Positions 24,202-32,973 of a stretch of DNA of 61,405 nt are shown in pieces. Position numbers and translations under genes: made by a program. Location of the stretch: the NCBI GenBank assembly GCA_023663205.1, contig JAMPHX010000002.1, positions 1-61,405 on the forward strand. Reading direction: 5' to 3'. Source of the DNA: Corallococcus sp. GTDB lineage: Bacteria > Bacillota > Clostridia > Christensenellales > CAG-314. The notes under the pieces were generated by a model. The model worked only from the letters and a program-made list of their open reading frames with translations, made no database searches and was not told the DNA's origin. Position 1 is the stretch's first letter; every line of letters begins with the position of its first letter.

Positions 24202-25287
24202 TCAGCCTTTGGTGCCGCTCTTGGATACGCCGTGCATGATGTACTTGCGGCAGAATATAAACAGTATAAACAGCGGCAATGCAACCATGCACGCGGCTGC
24301 CATTTTGAGAGTGGTAAGTCCTTCGCTGCTGCCGTACAAACCGCCGTATAGCAAACCTCCTCTGTCGGTGAATGTTCCCGTTACCCAGTTGGTAATCATT
24401 TGCCAATTGGTATCGTTGATAAGACGCGGCCAAATGTACGAGTTCCACGTGCCGATAAATTTGAGCAGCGTAATGGAAACAAGGGTAGGTGCGGTCAACG
24501 GCACCATCACCTTGACGAGATATCCCATATCGGATAGTCCGTCCACCTTTGCCGCCTGATACAGCGAATTGGGTATCTGCATAAAGTTGTTACGCAGCAA
24601 ATAGATGTAGTACACGCTGACAAGGAAGGGCAAGATAAGTACCGTATAGGAGTTTTTGAGTCCCATATTGGTTGCCGTGATATAATTGGTGATTGTGTAC
24701 AACTCTCCAGGAATCATCATTGTACCGAGCAATATGCTGAACAAGACGTTTTTTCCTTTGAAGTTCATACGCGCAAATGCGTAAGCGGTAAGTATGGTTA
24801 CTATTACGCCGATTACCGTTGAAAATACTCCTACTACCAACGTGTTTATTATCAGTTGTCCGAAACCGTCTTCCGACGTATCGGAAAGCACCGATTTGTA
24901 GTTTGCCCACTGAAACTTTTGCGGGAAAAACGTCGGCGTCGAAAGCCTGTATTCCTGCTCGGTTTTGAGGGAAGAAATTATCATCCAGTAGAACGGCAAA
25001 AACGCAAGCACCGCACAGAACGTCAAGAATATGTACAAAAAGATATTTTTTACTATGTTGAACGCCTTTTGCTTTTTGCGTTCGCGTTCTACGTTGAAAT
25101 CGGGCGAGGTTGACAAATCGTACTTGATTGTCAAATCGCTCGATGCGGGAACCACCGTAGGTACGCCGCCTTCCGCTATGACTTCCGCAACGGGACTTTC
25201 CACCGCGCTGACGGATTCCGTTTCTATCAAAGTTTCCGCAAGATTTTCCATTTTTTCGTTATTGGCGGTTTCAAAATCTTTTTTCAT
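24202..25287 (-). CDS. Sugar-type ABC permease (MalG-like) with ~75-aa N-terminal extension
   Basis: The EAA-loop region is AAKVDGLSDMGYLVKVMVPL, with 6 TM helices. Confidence 0.8.
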   Translation of the reverse strand: MKKDFETANNEKMENLAETLIETESVSAVESPVAEVIAEGGVPTVVPASSDLTIKYDLSTSPDFNVERERKKQKAFNIVKNIFLYIFLTFCAVLAFLPFYWMIISSLKTEQEYRLSTPTFFPQKFQWANYKSVLSDTSEDGFGQLIINTLVVGVFSTVIGVIVTILTAYAFARMNFKGKNVLFSILLGTMMIPGELYTITNYITATNMGLKNSYTVLILPFLVSVYYIYLLRNNFMQIPNSLYQAAKVDGLSDMGYLVKVMVPLTAPTLVSITLLKFIGTWNSYIWPRLINDTNWQMITNWVTGTFTDRGGLLYGGLYGSSEGLTTLKMAAACMVALPLFILFIFCRKYIMHGVSKSGTKG

Positions 25288-25297
25288 ATTTTTCCTC

Positions 25298-26494
25298 CTA
25301 ATAACTTACTTTCTTTTTGCTTACAAACATATTGACTGCCGTAAGCGCCATAATTATGATAAATAACAGCAGCGAACCGGCATATGCAAAGCCCATTTCG
25401 CCCGTAGTTACGTACTGGTAAATGTATCCTACCATGGTGCCCATATCGTAGTTAATACCCATATTTTGCCCGAACAAACCTACTATCGACGAATACTGCT
25501 TCATTCCGCCCATAATGCCCGTAATAAGCAGGTAAGAAATCATCGGGGAAATCATCGGAGCGGTTATCTTCCACAAAACGGTGGATTTGGATGCGCCGTC
25601 AATCTTTGCCGCGTCATAGTACTGTTTGTTTACGCTTTGAAGCGCGCTGAACAAAATCAAAATTTTGAAAGGCAGTCCCGACCAAATTTCGTAAACTATT
25701 ACAACAATATATTTTGCCCACGGTATTTGTATTTTGTCGGTAATCTTCCAAACGGGAGAAGTTACGCCAAGCCAATTTAACGGATTTTGTGGGTCTGCGC
25801 CGAACAGTTCCAAAAAGTTGTTAACAAGTCCGTTGCTTTCGGGGGCTTTTACCGTGCCTATTACATTGAAGAACGTCGCAAAAACCGCGCCCATTGCCAA
25901 TGCGTTGGTAAGATACGGCAAAAACAGTATTGTTTGGTACGCCTTTTGCAGAGCCTTTATCGAGTTGAGCGCAACGGAAATAAGCAATGCAAGAATTGTT
26001 GAAATGGGTACGGAAATAAACGTAAATATTATGGTGTTGAGCAAACACTGCACAAAATTTGCGCCGCCCGTACCTGTATCGCCTGCCAAAACACGCGCAA
26101 AGTTTTCAAACCCCCAACCGGTAAACGGTTCTCTTTTGTTTGTGGGATTGTAGTTTTCCTTAAATGCGTTGACAAACGCTGCCACTATCGGATAAAACGT
26201 AAATATCGCAAGCAATATAAGCGCAGGCAAAACAAACAGCCAACCCGATTGAGATTTGCAGAGCCGTTTGAACTTTTCCCATTTGGTAAGTTCATGCAAA
26301 ACCGGTTCTTCCTCAACCGCTGCCGCTGCGCCCACTTCCGGAACCAATACCGTCGAGGGTTGCAGCGCGCTTTCCGTTTTAGAAGCGCCGGCAAGTTGTT
26401 CGTCGGCCAAAATTTCGGTTTGGTCTTGCGCCGCTTCTGCGGTTTCGACTTTTGCCGTTTCGTCGATTTGAGCCTTTTTGTTCTTTTTAAACAT
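25298..26494 (-). CDS. Sugar-type ABC permease (MalF-like) with ~85-aa acidic N-terminal extension
   Basis: The EAA loop is AAKIDGASKSTVLWKITAPM. Its start overlaps the ATPase stop. Confidence 0.8.
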   Translation of the reverse strand: MFKKNKKAQIDETAKVETAEAAQDQTEILADEQLAGASKTESALQPSTVLVPEVGAAAAVEEEPVLHELTKWEKFKRLCKSQSGWLFVLPALILLAIFTFYPIVAAFVNAFKENYNPTNKREPFTGWGFENFARVLAGDTGTGGANFVQCLLNTIIFTFISVPISTILALLISVALNSIKALQKAYQTILFLPYLTNALAMGAVFATFFNVIGTVKAPESNGLVNNFLELFGADPQNPLNWLGVTSPVWKITDKIQIPWAKYIVVIVYEIWSGLPFKILILFSALQSVNKQYYDAAKIDGASKSTVLWKITAPMISPMISYLLITGIMGGMKQYSSIVGLFGQNMGINYDMGTMVGYIYQYVTTGEMGFAYAGSLLLFIIIMALTAVNMFVSKKKVSY

Positions 26495-27573
26495 TAGCGT
26501 ATCCTCTCTTCAGTTTCGGCATCGAACAGGAAAACTTTGTTGGGTTTGAGTTTGAAGGTATATTCGTTGGTGTTTGAGGGAAGTTTGACGTCTGCGTCGA
26601 TGATGGAACGCACCGTCGGTTTGGTAGAAGCCTCGTGGCGAGACACAATCGATTTGTCCCTGCCCATAACTTCCACGTGGTCTACTTGCAGCGTAAGTCT
26701 GCCCTTGGGGTCGTATATAAAGCCTTCGGGACGTACGCCGACAAATACTTCTCGGTCTTCGCAATTGGCTTTCATGACCGCTTCGTTGCCTATATACAGT
26801 TTGTTGCTTTCCACGCGTCCCTTAAAGATATTGATAGGCGGTGTGCCCAAGAAGTTTGCTACAAACAGGTTTTCGGGGTCGTCGTAAATGTTTTGAGGTT
26901 CGCCCACTTGCTGAACAACTCCCAGTTTCATAACTACCATGATATCGCATATGGACATTGCTTCTTCCTGGTCGTGCGTTACGAATACCGTAGTGATACC
27001 CGTTTCGCGCTGAATACGCTTGATTTCTTCACGCGTTTGCAGCCTTAGACGTGCATCGAGGTTGGAAAGCGGTTCGTCCAAAAGTAATACATTTGGCATC
27101 TTGACAAGCGCGCGGGCAATTGCAACACGCTGTTGCTGTCCGCCCGAAAGTTCGCTGGGTTTGCGCGCCATCAAATCCTCTATCTGAACCAAACGCGCCG
27201 CGTCGAGCGCCCTTTCCATAGCCTTTGCCTTGGGTACGCGCATATTGGTAAGCGGAAACATGATGTTTTGCGCAACCGTCATATGCGGATAAAGCGCGTA
27301 GTTTTGGAATACCAAGCCTACGCCTCTTCTTTCGGCGGCAAGGTCGGTGACGTCCTGCTCGTCAAAGTATATCTTACCTGAAGTCGGCATATCCAAACCG
27401 GACAACATAAACAAACTTGTGGACTTTCCGCAGCCGGACGGTCCCAAAAGTCCGACCAATTTGCCGGACGGTATTTCGATTGTCATATCGTTTACCGCAA
27501 CTACCGATTTGTCTTTTTCCTTTTTGTTTCTGCTTGGGAAAATTTTGGTTAAATGTTGAAGTGTGATTTTCAT
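26494..27573 (-). CDS. ABC importer ATP-binding protein (MalK/MsmX/UgpC-like)
   Basis: Motifs are GLLGPSGCGKST, LSGGQQQRVAIARAL and LLLDEPLSNLD, plus a C-terminal TOBE-like domain. Confidence 0.88.
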   Translation of the reverse strand: MKITLQHLTKIFPSRNKKEKDKSVVAVNDMTIEIPSGKLVGLLGPSGCGKSTSLFMLSGLDMPTSGKIYFDEQDVTDLAAERRGVGLVFQNYALYPHMTVAQNIMFPLTNMRVPKAKAMERALDAARLVQIEDLMARKPSELSGGQQQRVAIARALVKMPNVLLLDEPLSNLDARLRLQTREEIKRIQRETGITTVFVTHDQEEAMSICDIMVVMKLGVVQQVGEPQNIYDDPENLFVANFLGTPPINIFKGRVESNKLYIGNEAVMKANCEDREVFVGVRPEGFIYDPKGRLTLQVDHVEVMGRDKSIVSRHEASTKPTVRSIIDADVKLPSNTNEYTFKLKPNKVFLFDAETEERIR

Positions 27574-27578
27574 AAGCG

Positions 27579-28766
27579 TTAATCCTTTCGACTTATTATT
27601 TTTATTTTTATTTCCATCTTGTAACCTTCAACTACAAGATTATCCGGCAAATTAACGGGAGCGTACTCTCTGTTTAAATCTATCCACGGATTGGGATACA
27701 CGCCCGCTTTGATACGTTTGGTTTGGCTGTAACCGTTTTCTTTGAGTAAAGTAAACTGCGCTTCGCTTTCCGTGTCGGCATACCTCACTTGCACGCTCTG
27801 ATTAAAATCGGGCAGTTCGCTTAAATCAAGCGACATAGTTACCTGACTGTAATAGTCGTTTCCGAATATTTCTTTGTCGTCGGGTTTGGGCTTTTTGCTT
27901 TTTACCTTGAACACCTTGACAAACAGCCATTTGAAGAACCGTATGATATAATGACGTCCCACCAAGAAATCGGCTATGATGTATATACAGATAAAGTATA
28001 TTAGCACCACCGTTACCGCTTTGTTCATTGCGGCTTTGTGTATTATGTCGGTGACGCATATTGCGTAATTTTCGCTTTTGGCAAGAAATTTGTTTGAAAG
28101 GTCGTCCAACTTATCCGAATTGAAATCGCTGTTGTATTCCGCTTGGAAGTCCGACACGTCGGCAAATATACTTTCCTCAAAATCGAGTTTCAGGTCTATC
28201 TCTTTGAACACGGCGCCCGTTTTGTCGACAAACGTAAGTTTGCGCAGAGAGTCGAAGTTGTCTCTGTCAAAATCGAGATAGATAAAGTCGCTTGTAGTAA
28301 GCATAGAACTTATTGAATCGGGGTTTTTGTCGCCGTCTATATCGAGATTGAGTATCCGCATCCTTTTGGTTGCGGTTGCCGTTTCCACAAGCAATTCCGT
28401 TTTGTTGTCTTTGGGACTGTGTACTTCGTACCTATCCTTTACGCCGAAGATGTAACCCGAATAGGAACCGTGCATTTTGTCCATCCAATCGGGATGTTCG
28501 CTGTTGCCGTTGTACAGAGTTGTAGTTGCAAACAGCACTATTCCGCCGCCGTCGTCGAACTTTTGCACAAATACGGGGTTTTTGTCATAGAACGCCGCGG
28601 TTAGGTTTATTGCCTGAGCGTAATTGCCTGCAATCAAATATTCGTCCGCCAACTGAAACGGCATCTCGGATGCGTACGTATACGGCAAAACAATGGCAAG
28701 TATTACGCCGAGAACAAAGGTAAACAGATAATACACTACCTTGGCGAATATTTTTGTTTTTTTCAT
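27579..28766 (-). CDS. Hypothetical bitopic/2-TM membrane protein (395 aa)
   Basis: It has an N-terminal TM, a ~230-aa extracytoplasmic region, a second TM (AVTVVLIYFICIYIIADFLV) and a ~110-aa C-terminal domain. No recognisable motif. Confidence 0.65.
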   Translation of the reverse strand: MKKTKIFAKVVYYLFTFVLGVILAIVLPYTYASEMPFQLADEYLIAGNYAQAINLTAAFYDKNPVFVQKFDDGGGIVLFATTTLYNGNSEHPDWMDKMHGSYSGYIFGVKDRYEVHSPKDNKTELLVETATATKRMRILNLDIDGDKNPDSISSMLTTSDFIYLDFDRDNFDSLRKLTFVDKTGAVFKEIDLKLDFEESIFADVSDFQAEYNSDFNSDKLDDLSNKFLAKSENYAICVTDIIHKAAMNKAVTVVLIYFICIYIIADFLVGRHYIIRFFKWLFVKVFKVKSKKPKPDDKEIFGNDYYSQVTMSLDLSELPDFNQSVQVRYADTESEAQFTLLKENGYSQTKRIKAGVYPNPWIDLNREYAPVNLPDNLVVEGYKMEIKIKIISRKD

Positions 28767-28775
28767 AAACAGTAC

Positions 28776-29129
28776 TTATTCTTCTTTCGTTGCGGGAATA
28801 TCCGCGTCGTCGGCGGTTTGAATTGCTGCGTTCTCTTGCAAAACAGAAGGAGCGGTTTCTTGACCTTCAAGCGCCGCTTCTTGACTATCAGATGTGTCTT
28901 CTTGGTTTTCAAGCGGTGTTTCTTCGGTTGCTGTTTGCAATTCACTCTTGTTGGACTTTAACGCCTGTTCGCGTTTTTCCCAATTTTTGCGCTGTTCGCC
29001 GTATTGCTTTTTGTTTATTACGGGAATCAAAAAGTAAATGCCTACTATTGCCACTACAACTACGGCGCAAGCAATAAAAAATATAATATCGGCTGTTCCC
29101 AGTTTATTGATAAACAGTGCCAGTTGCAT
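28776..29129 (-). CDS. Small membrane protein with acidic tail (start moved to the ATG preceded by AGGAGG)
   Basis: MQLALFINKLGTADIIFFIACAVVVVAIVGIYFLIPV, followed by an acidic low-complexity tail. The RBS AAAGGAGG lies 8 nt upstream of 29129. Confidence 0.6.
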   Translation of the reverse strand: MQLALFINKLGTADIIFFIACAVVVVAIVGIYFLIPVINKKQYGEQRKNWEKREQALKSNKSELQTATEETPLENQEDTSDSQEAALEGQETAPSVLQENAAIQTADDADIPATKEE

Positions 29130-29183
29130 TGACACGCCTCCTTTTGCAAACGCACGCAAATATGCGCAGCGAAACTTGATTTA

Positions 29184-29224
29184 TAACAAAAAAGCACTAT
29201 GTAAACAGCAGTTTAATAGTGCTT
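29184..29224 (-). terminator. Rho-independent terminator downstream of the deacetylase gene
   Basis: Stem AAGCACTAT (29192-29200) / ATAGTGCTT (29216-29224), followed on the minus strand by TTTTTTG. Confidence 0.6.
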
Positions 29225-29490
29225 AAAAGACTTCTCCGAAAGGCACGCGCAAAGGGGCGTAAGATACGATATGTAACCAAAATAAAACGTGTTTTTAACT
29301 TGCAAAACTTTGGTCATATGCTACTCCTTCGTAGATATCCTACCCGACAGCCTCCGTACGGCTATTTTGAGTATAACACATACCGCAAAAAAAATCAATA
29401 TGTTTTTTGCATTTTATAAAAACAATTTGGCATTGCAAAAATTCGCAATTGGTTATGCTTTGCCCTGCCCAAAAGATATGGAATTACGTT

Positions 29491-30327
29491 TTATTTGCCC
29501 AAATTTACCGTTGCTCCCGATACTACCTTGCAGACCTTGCCGCGCTGCTCTACCCATACGTCCGTCGCCGACGGATTGTAAACAAGCGCTCCGTCTACCG
29601 AAAATACCAAGTCGTTATACGCTTTGACATAGCGGTATATTTCGCCGTTGGTGGCATACCATACGTCGTGCTTGCCGCAGACGCGCTCGGCAAATTGTTC
29701 GATAATTTCCCAATTGTCGTTTTCGTCAAATTCGTAACTGTGGCCCCACAGATAGAACAACCACGGTTCGCGGTGTTTGATTTCGCTGTCGGGGCTTTGC
29801 TCGATAAATTTGTCGGCAAGCGCCATAAGATTTTCATCGGTATGGTGACAAGTAGGGTTAAGTTGCAGCCAATCGCTCGGCACGTCAAAGATTCCCGTGG
29901 AAACCACGGTTCGCGCATAATCTATACCGCACATTTTGAGATAATCTTTTATCTCATCGTTCAACGCTCCGTACGCATACGCCATACCGTTTATTATTCT
30001 GCCGTACCGCTGTTCCAATGTTTTGCGGTCGGAAAGTATTTCGTCCAAGCCGCGCGGAACCGAAATTTTGGTCAAAAACAAATGTTTTGCGCCGTGTACC
30101 GCTATTTCCTGTCCGCAATCCTTGAACAATTCAAACGCTTCCTTTTGCGGCATACGGTTGTGCAGTCCGCTTTGGTCTATTGCGCTGTTGAGGTTGAACG
30201 TGCCTTTAAGATTATACTTGTTCATAATGCCGAGCAGACGTTTGTCCGCTACAACACCGTCATCGTAACTTAGCGTAAGCGCTTTGGGTTTGCCGCCCTG
30301 AAATCTCATAAAAGTTTCGTTTTCCAT
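29491..30327 (-). CDS. Polysaccharide deacetylase (CE4/NodB-like)
   Basis: KALTLSYDDGVVADKRL (TFDDG-like motif 1), IAVHGAKH and LWGHSYEF follow the His-motif pattern of CE4. Confidence 0.75.
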   Translation of the reverse strand: MENETFMRFQGGKPKALTLSYDDGVVADKRLLGIMNKYNLKGTFNLNSAIDQSGLHNRMPQKEAFELFKDCGQEIAVHGAKHLFLTKISVPRGLDEILSDRKTLEQRYGRIINGMAYAYGALNDEIKDYLKMCGIDYARTVVSTGIFDVPSDWLQLNPTCHHTDENLMALADKFIEQSPDSEIKHREPWLFYLWGHSYEFDENDNWEIIEQFAERVCGKHDVWYATNGEIYRYVKAYNDLVFSVDGALVYNPSATDVWVEQRGKVCKVVSGATVNLGK

Positions 30328-30759
30328 AATATACCTCGTAAATTACCGTTATTTGCCGCTTTGCCACAGCGACCCGCCGTCCGCAAAAGCAGTCGGATTA
30401 CTTGTCAATTGCGCAGTTACGCAAAATACGACACACAATTTCAAACTCTTTGCCGACAGCATCTAAACGTATTGTTACCGCGCAATTACCACATCGCTTT
30501 GCACCGCCCGCAAGAACTGCAAATGCGTTGTATGTTTAATAACCGACATTAAACTTTGCCGGAACGATTGCGGAGTTGTTTCTTACAGCCGTCACTGTTT
30601 CAATGCAAGACATCTGTTTTATTTAAATGTGATATCTGCATAGAGTATATAAACTATATAGAATATAACATCATTTCCGAAAAAAGTAAATTTATTTTTT
30701 TGATTTTGTATTTACAAACAATTTTTTTTATGGTAGTATTGAAAAAAGGAGTATTACAA

Positions 30760-31521
30760 ATGAACGACATTACTTACGTCGGCAAGCACTTACGCACATA
30801 CAGCGTGCTTAAGCACCGCCACGACAGTTGGGAAATCGTGTATTGTACAAGCGGTAACGGGAAATTTACTTTTTCCGACGACTCTTGTTTGGAGTACGAC
30901 GCAGGAGACATTGTTATAATACCCCAAGGAGAATTCCATAAAAACGAAAGCGCACGCGGATTTACCAATATTCACGTAAACATTTCCAACGCAACCTTTC
31001 CGTTTAAACAGGCTCTGCTAATTGCGGACGACAGCGAAAAGCACATTTTAAACGCCTTTGCAGACGCCTTCTACTACTACAACAACGAAATAAACAAAAA
31101 GCCGCTAATTATGTCGGCGCTGGGGAATCTTATCGTAAACTTTATTATCGCCTTCCAAAGCACCAAACCGCTGACTCGCGTCGTGGAGGAGATAAAAAGC
31201 GACATTGTCAAAAACTTCCCCGATTGCAATTACGAACTTGACAAATATCTCAAAAGTTTTCCGTTCAGTTACGATTACCTGCGCAAACTGTTCAAAAGCG
31301 AAATGGGCATTACTCCGCACAGTTATCTTACCGCAATGCGTATGCAAACGGCGGAAAAACTGCTGTGCGCAATGGACGGCGAGGAATACAATGTTACGAG
31401 AATAGCGCAAATGTGCGGATTTGACGAACCGCTGTACTTTTCGCGCGTGTTCAAAAAGCAATACGGTTGTTCCCCGTACAACTACGCCAAACACAAATTG
31501 CAAAACAAACCCGAACAATAA
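30760..31521 (+). CDS. AraC-family transcriptional regulator with N-terminal cupin (start at the ATG after AAGGAG; ORF open from 30556)
   Basis: The cupin is HRHDSWEIVYCTSGNGKFTF. The C-terminal dual HTH is YLTAMRMQTAEKLL...RIAQMCGFDEPLYFSRVFKKQYGCSPYNY. Confidence 0.85.
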   Translation: MNDITYVGKHLRTYSVLKHRHDSWEIVYCTSGNGKFTFSDDSCLEYDAGDIVIIPQGEFHKNESARGFTNIHVNISNATFPFKQALLIADDSEKHILNAFADAFYYYNNEINKKPLIMSALGNLIVNFIIAFQSTKPLTRVVEEIKSDIVKNFPDCNYELDKYLKSFPFSYDYLRKLFKSEMGITPHSYLTAMRMQTAEKLLCAMDGEEYNVTRIAQMCGFDEPLYFSRVFKKQYGCSPYNYAKHKLQNKPEQ

Positions 31522-31590
31522 TATCTGCCGTATATCCCGCAAATAGCAAACGCGGCAATACACACAACTAATTTGACTGCAACAAAATAC

Positions 31591-31632
31591 AAACGCATTT
31601 CCGTTATTTGCGGAAATGCGTTATTTGTTTGC
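31591..31632. terminator. Bidirectional rho-independent terminator between the araC-like and GH105 genes
   Basis: Stem AAACGCATTTCCG / CGGAAATGCGTT is flanked by T-runs on both strands. Confidence 0.7.
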
Positions 31633-31834
31633 TCTTTTGCAATACACTGACCGCATCTATTTGCAGTTTTGCTGCAATTCCAAGACCTCGGCTAATCGAT
31701 TGTTTGTTTATCGAAGTGACCGTTATGTCTGCTTGTTGCAAACGGCGCGGCTTGTTGCGCGCAAATTGTTTGAAAACAAAAAGGTACAACTTTTGCCGAT
31801 TTTATTTCCGTTGCTTACCGCGTCGAAAATATTG

Positions 31835-32971
31835 TCAAGCATTAGTTAAAAGCATACGGATTTCCGTGTAACACAAAACAAACGGAGCAACGCCCTTTGC
31901 ATCGTCGGAAACCACCGGTTCGGAGATGTAATATTCAAAAGTGCCGTCGCGGCGCGTGTTATCTTCCGGTCCGAGCCCCGCAACAAGACATATGCCGTCC
32001 AATTTGAGTTTGCCGTTGCCGTCCGACGTAAGATACCTTGAACAAATACCGTCAAATATTTCTTTGCCGAGCGCGGCGTACTTTGCATCGCAAAATCCCA
32101 AACGCGCGCCTTTGAGCATTGCGTAAGCCACCATACTGCTGCCGCTTGTTTCGAGATAGTTGCCCTCTTTGTCTGCTTTATCCACTACTTGATACAGCAT
32201 ATGCGTATCGCCGTCCACGTAGCGCGAAACGCCCTCTATTGCTTCGGCAAAAATTTTGCCGAGTTTTTCCTTGGAGCGTTTGTTTTGCATAAAATCCAAC
32301 ACATCGGCAAGCGCCACCAAAAACCAGCCTATTGACCTCAGCCAAAAACTGCGCGAAAGCCCCGTCTTTTTGTCCGCCCAAAACATCTGTTTGGAACAGT
32401 CAATACCGTGATAATACAAGCCTTTGTTTTCGTCAAACATCAACTTGCGGACGTTTTCAAACTGATTGACCACGTCGGTGTAATCGCAGTTATCAAATGC
32501 CGTTTGATACCTGCAACAAAATACCTGCGCCATATACAGTCCGTCCAGCCAAATTTGGTTGGGGTAGATTTTTTTGTGCCAAAAGTTTCCGCTTTCCGTG
32601 CGCGGCTGCCCTTGCAATTGCGATTTGAGACGGTTTATTGCCTTCAAATACTTTTCCTTGCCTGTCGCGCCGTACAAATCGAAAAGCACGCGTCCTTCGT
32701 TTACGTCGTCCAAGTTGTACTTGGACAAATCGTATCCGCGAATACTGCCGTCGTCAAACACATAGTAATCGACAAACGAGTCTACAAAATCGAAATACTT
32801 TTGTCTGCCTGTCTGAATGTACATATTCCACAACGCCGTCATCATGCAACCGTCAATGTAGTTCCAATGGGGCGGTTTGCCTTGACGTATGCTTTCCACA
32901 TTCCAATACGGTTTGTCGGGCGTAGAGTTGTCAATGATAAAATCTATATATTTTTCTATTGTGGCGTACAT
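31835..32971 (-). CDS. Unsaturated rhamnogalacturonyl hydrolase (GH105, YteR/YesR-like)
   Basis: 378 aa. PHWNYIDGCMMTALWNMY and the WLDGLYMAQVF motif are typical of GH88/GH105 enzymes. Confidence 0.8.
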   Translation of the reverse strand: MYATIEKYIDFIIDNSTPDKPYWNVESIRQGKPPHWNYIDGCMMTALWNMYIQTGRQKYFDFVDSFVDYYVFDDGSIRGYDLSKYNLDDVNEGRVLFDLYGATGKEKYLKAINRLKSQLQGQPRTESGNFWHKKIYPNQIWLDGLYMAQVFCCRYQTAFDNCDYTDVVNQFENVRKLMFDENKGLYYHGIDCSKQMFWADKKTGLSRSFWLRSIGWFLVALADVLDFMQNKRSKEKLGKIFAEAIEGVSRYVDGDTHMLYQVVDKADKEGNYLETSGSSMVAYAMLKGARLGFCDAKYAALGKEIFDGICSRYLTSDGNGKLKLDGICLVAGLGPEDNTRRDGTFEYYISEPVVSDDAKGVAPFVLCYTEIRMLLTNA

Positions 32972-32973
32972 GG

